The notes below the pieces were generated by a model. It was not told the DNA's origin, ran no database searches, and saw only the letters and a program-made list of their open reading frames with translations. Of a stretch of DNA of 64,000 nt, positions 61,701-64,000 are shown in pieces. Numbering within the stretch: position 1 is the first letter of the stretch; each line of letters starts with the position of its first letter. The stretch covers positions 322,951-386,950 of the forward strand of contig NMRA01000383.1 of the NCBI GenBank assembly GCA_002633005.1, given 5' to 3'. A program made the position numbers and the translations under genes. This stretch comes from Phoronis australis (Eukaryota; Animalia; Phoronida).

Positions 61701-64000
61701 TGGAACTGTGAATTCACTCTGAAAATCATCATGTCATGTCAAAATGTAATATTTTAAATTTAGCTCAGGCAGTAATTGCTGGCTGTTGGTTGAAGAGACG
61801 ATGTAAATACGAACTTTGTATTGTAAAACTATGTATATGGGCCAGAGGCCGTTGTACTACAAGAAAAAAATAAATAAACAGATGCATTCGGCAAGGCGCC
61901 AGAAACTCGAAAAAGGCAAAATTATTGTGAAAGGCGAACTAATGTTTCTCAAAAATGTTTGGAGCATAACTAGTGCACCCTAGCGAAATGGCAGCAAATG
62001 AAGCGCTTGGTCGGTGAGGTTGGAATTTTGAATTCTTGAATAGGAGTCGTCAATTACGTTTCCTCAGCGAAGATTTCTTGCGGAAAGCGCTTCACGAGTT
62101 CCTGGTGTCTCGGCAACGCAGACTAAGAATTACAATAGTCCATCAGTAGCACACGTGCTCGTGTGCGTAGTAATCCACCGGTTGTGATTATTTATACTGA
62201 AATATGATTGATGATAGATTAAACAGGTTCTTCCAATGGTTTCTTGTCCTTCTATTCAGATCACGGGCCATTTTGTGGAAATAATATTTCGGGTTTGTTT
62301 CAAGAAAACTAGTGTGAGTGACGCTGCTACGTCACAATACTGAGCACAGCCAGGTTCAGCTATGTATATTCTTAGCACAACAAAGCTTAGAAACAATTTA
62401 CACATATTATCTCAGTGACTAGCAGTTACGAGTATATTCTCAGAGACCTGGCTTTTGCTAAAGTGAGATCTCTCAAAATTAGCTGGGTGGAATACAACAC
62501 CAAATTTGTGACAAGGGTTAAAAAGTCCCTGGGAAATGTCAAAATTTGGCTAACTTCCGAAATTAAAATCTCAGAAATGGCCGATGGGATACTACGCTTT
62601 ATTCATTTGTTCTCCGAAACGCTGTAACGAACTGTTTCTAAAATGTTTCCTTTTCGAAGGATCGAGGAGCTATTAAAAATAAAGATTTCGTGACTTTCAT
62701 GAAAATATGCATGAAACGAAAACGAAATGATATTTTGGAAAATTCTAACAACATTTTTGAGCTCTCATCTTCATTTACCGATCCAAAAAATTGAATCGTG
62801 TTACTCATACGCTCTTATTGATGCGCTGTTGTCTTGTCAATGCACCTTTTCTTTTTTGCCAAATTTTATTAAAATGAGGCGATCACGTGACCCAGTTAAT
62901 GATAGATTGCTGACTCAAAGTCAAAAATTAAAATTCTTCAGAATCTCTACTTTCCGAAAACAATATTCTTTTACCGAGTTGAAATCTATGGTTTTGTACA
63001 TTTTTGGTTAAATATGCAGAAAGCGCTTTTATGTACGTAGTGGAATTGGCGATGAAGTCATTGGCATACGTATATACCACAAAAACTGACGGGATTTCTC
63101 TCTGCAGCTAGCAAAACACGACAATCAAGTGATGGTACTCTCATATAGGCCATCTCGTGTTATTGTTTTCCGTGACGTCTTTCTATTTCCGGTACCAATA
63201 AGAAAATTAGCGGCTCGAGAAAACACTTGAGAATGGGTTTGGCAAATCACTGAATCCTTTCGTGACACGAGGAAGTCAGGAGTTGCATCTTAACAACGCC
63301 TTTGTCTTTCCTGGGAAGTACTGAGTACAATAGCTAGTGACGGAATCAGTTTTGGGGTGATGCTGAGTGCTTCATTTGGAAATTTGGAAATTCAGTTAGC
63401 TGAGCCAATTAAAGAGGCATTTTACCGTTGGCTGTCAACGATGAATTTTTAGCGCTTTGGGATTTAACATTACCATTCTAGTCCTGTTTTGAATAGTTGC
63501 GGGATAAGCCGGCAATTCAAGTCCGAAGACAGTGCATACGTACGCTTTTACGAATTTGCAATCTTAGGGTTAACCAAAGTCTTTCTGAAGCATTTTTGAG
63601 TCGCTGATGGTTTCGATGTGTTCTTATTCAACTTCCTATGACGGTAAGAGATGTCACGAGATCGGTGATTTTATGAGAATAAAAGGTTTAATTCGATTTT
63701 CCCTTTTTGCTCACTAAACACGAAGAAATGCAGTTTTAGTTGTGTAATTATAGGTCTCGCATCTTACCGTGTTGGAACTTGGTTTCAGTTGCCAACAAAA
63801 ACATTGCAGCCATCATCGACTCAAGAAAACGATTTACTGGTGTTATACAACCCCGACACTGCAAATTCGAACTGAAGGGGCTCACGGCGAATTCGCTACT
63901 GAGACTTGAGTTACTGGCTCATGCGGCAAAAATTCAGAACCCGAAAAGTGTGGTTTAAGTGCTTGAAGTCTTCAATTTCATATCAAAAACACGAACAAAT

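Noticed and set aside
63100-64000. Possible promoter or first exon of a further gene (TGACGT, CCAAT, CpG-richer)
   Set aside because: No coding frame or splice donor can be supported within the window.

Overview
AT-rich, intron-rich animal genomic DNA, most likely a marine invertebrate draft assembly, with N-gaps at 3001, 30025-30077, 43861 and 51194-51978. I reconstructed four gene loci by hand from splice sites, phase and remembered protein families. (1) The last coding exon of a divergent NR5A/FTZ-F1-like nuclear receptor (+), present twice around a gap, probably followed by a long 3'UTR. (2) A 21-coding-exon FIRRM/C1orf112 orthologue (-, 42128 to 12694, ~873 aa). (3) An antisense gene nested in a FIRRM intron, encoding signal peptide + coiled coil + Caspr/neurexin-IV-type fibrinogen-like domain, disabled by a stop and a frameshift. 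(4) A 6-exon CARD-linker-death domain adaptor (+, 52941-58719, ~316 aa) with clustered NF-kB-like sites and TRAF-type linker motifs. The rest is non-autonomous repeats: Helentron/HINE-like elements whose ~147-bp monomers each carry a CTCF-consensus motif, DNA transposons/MITEs with 3-, 5-, 8- and 9-bp target-site duplications (TSDs), SINEs, a Penelope-like fragment with a U3-A8 hammerhead core, and minisatellites. No database searches were run, so all family calls come from recalled sequence features.
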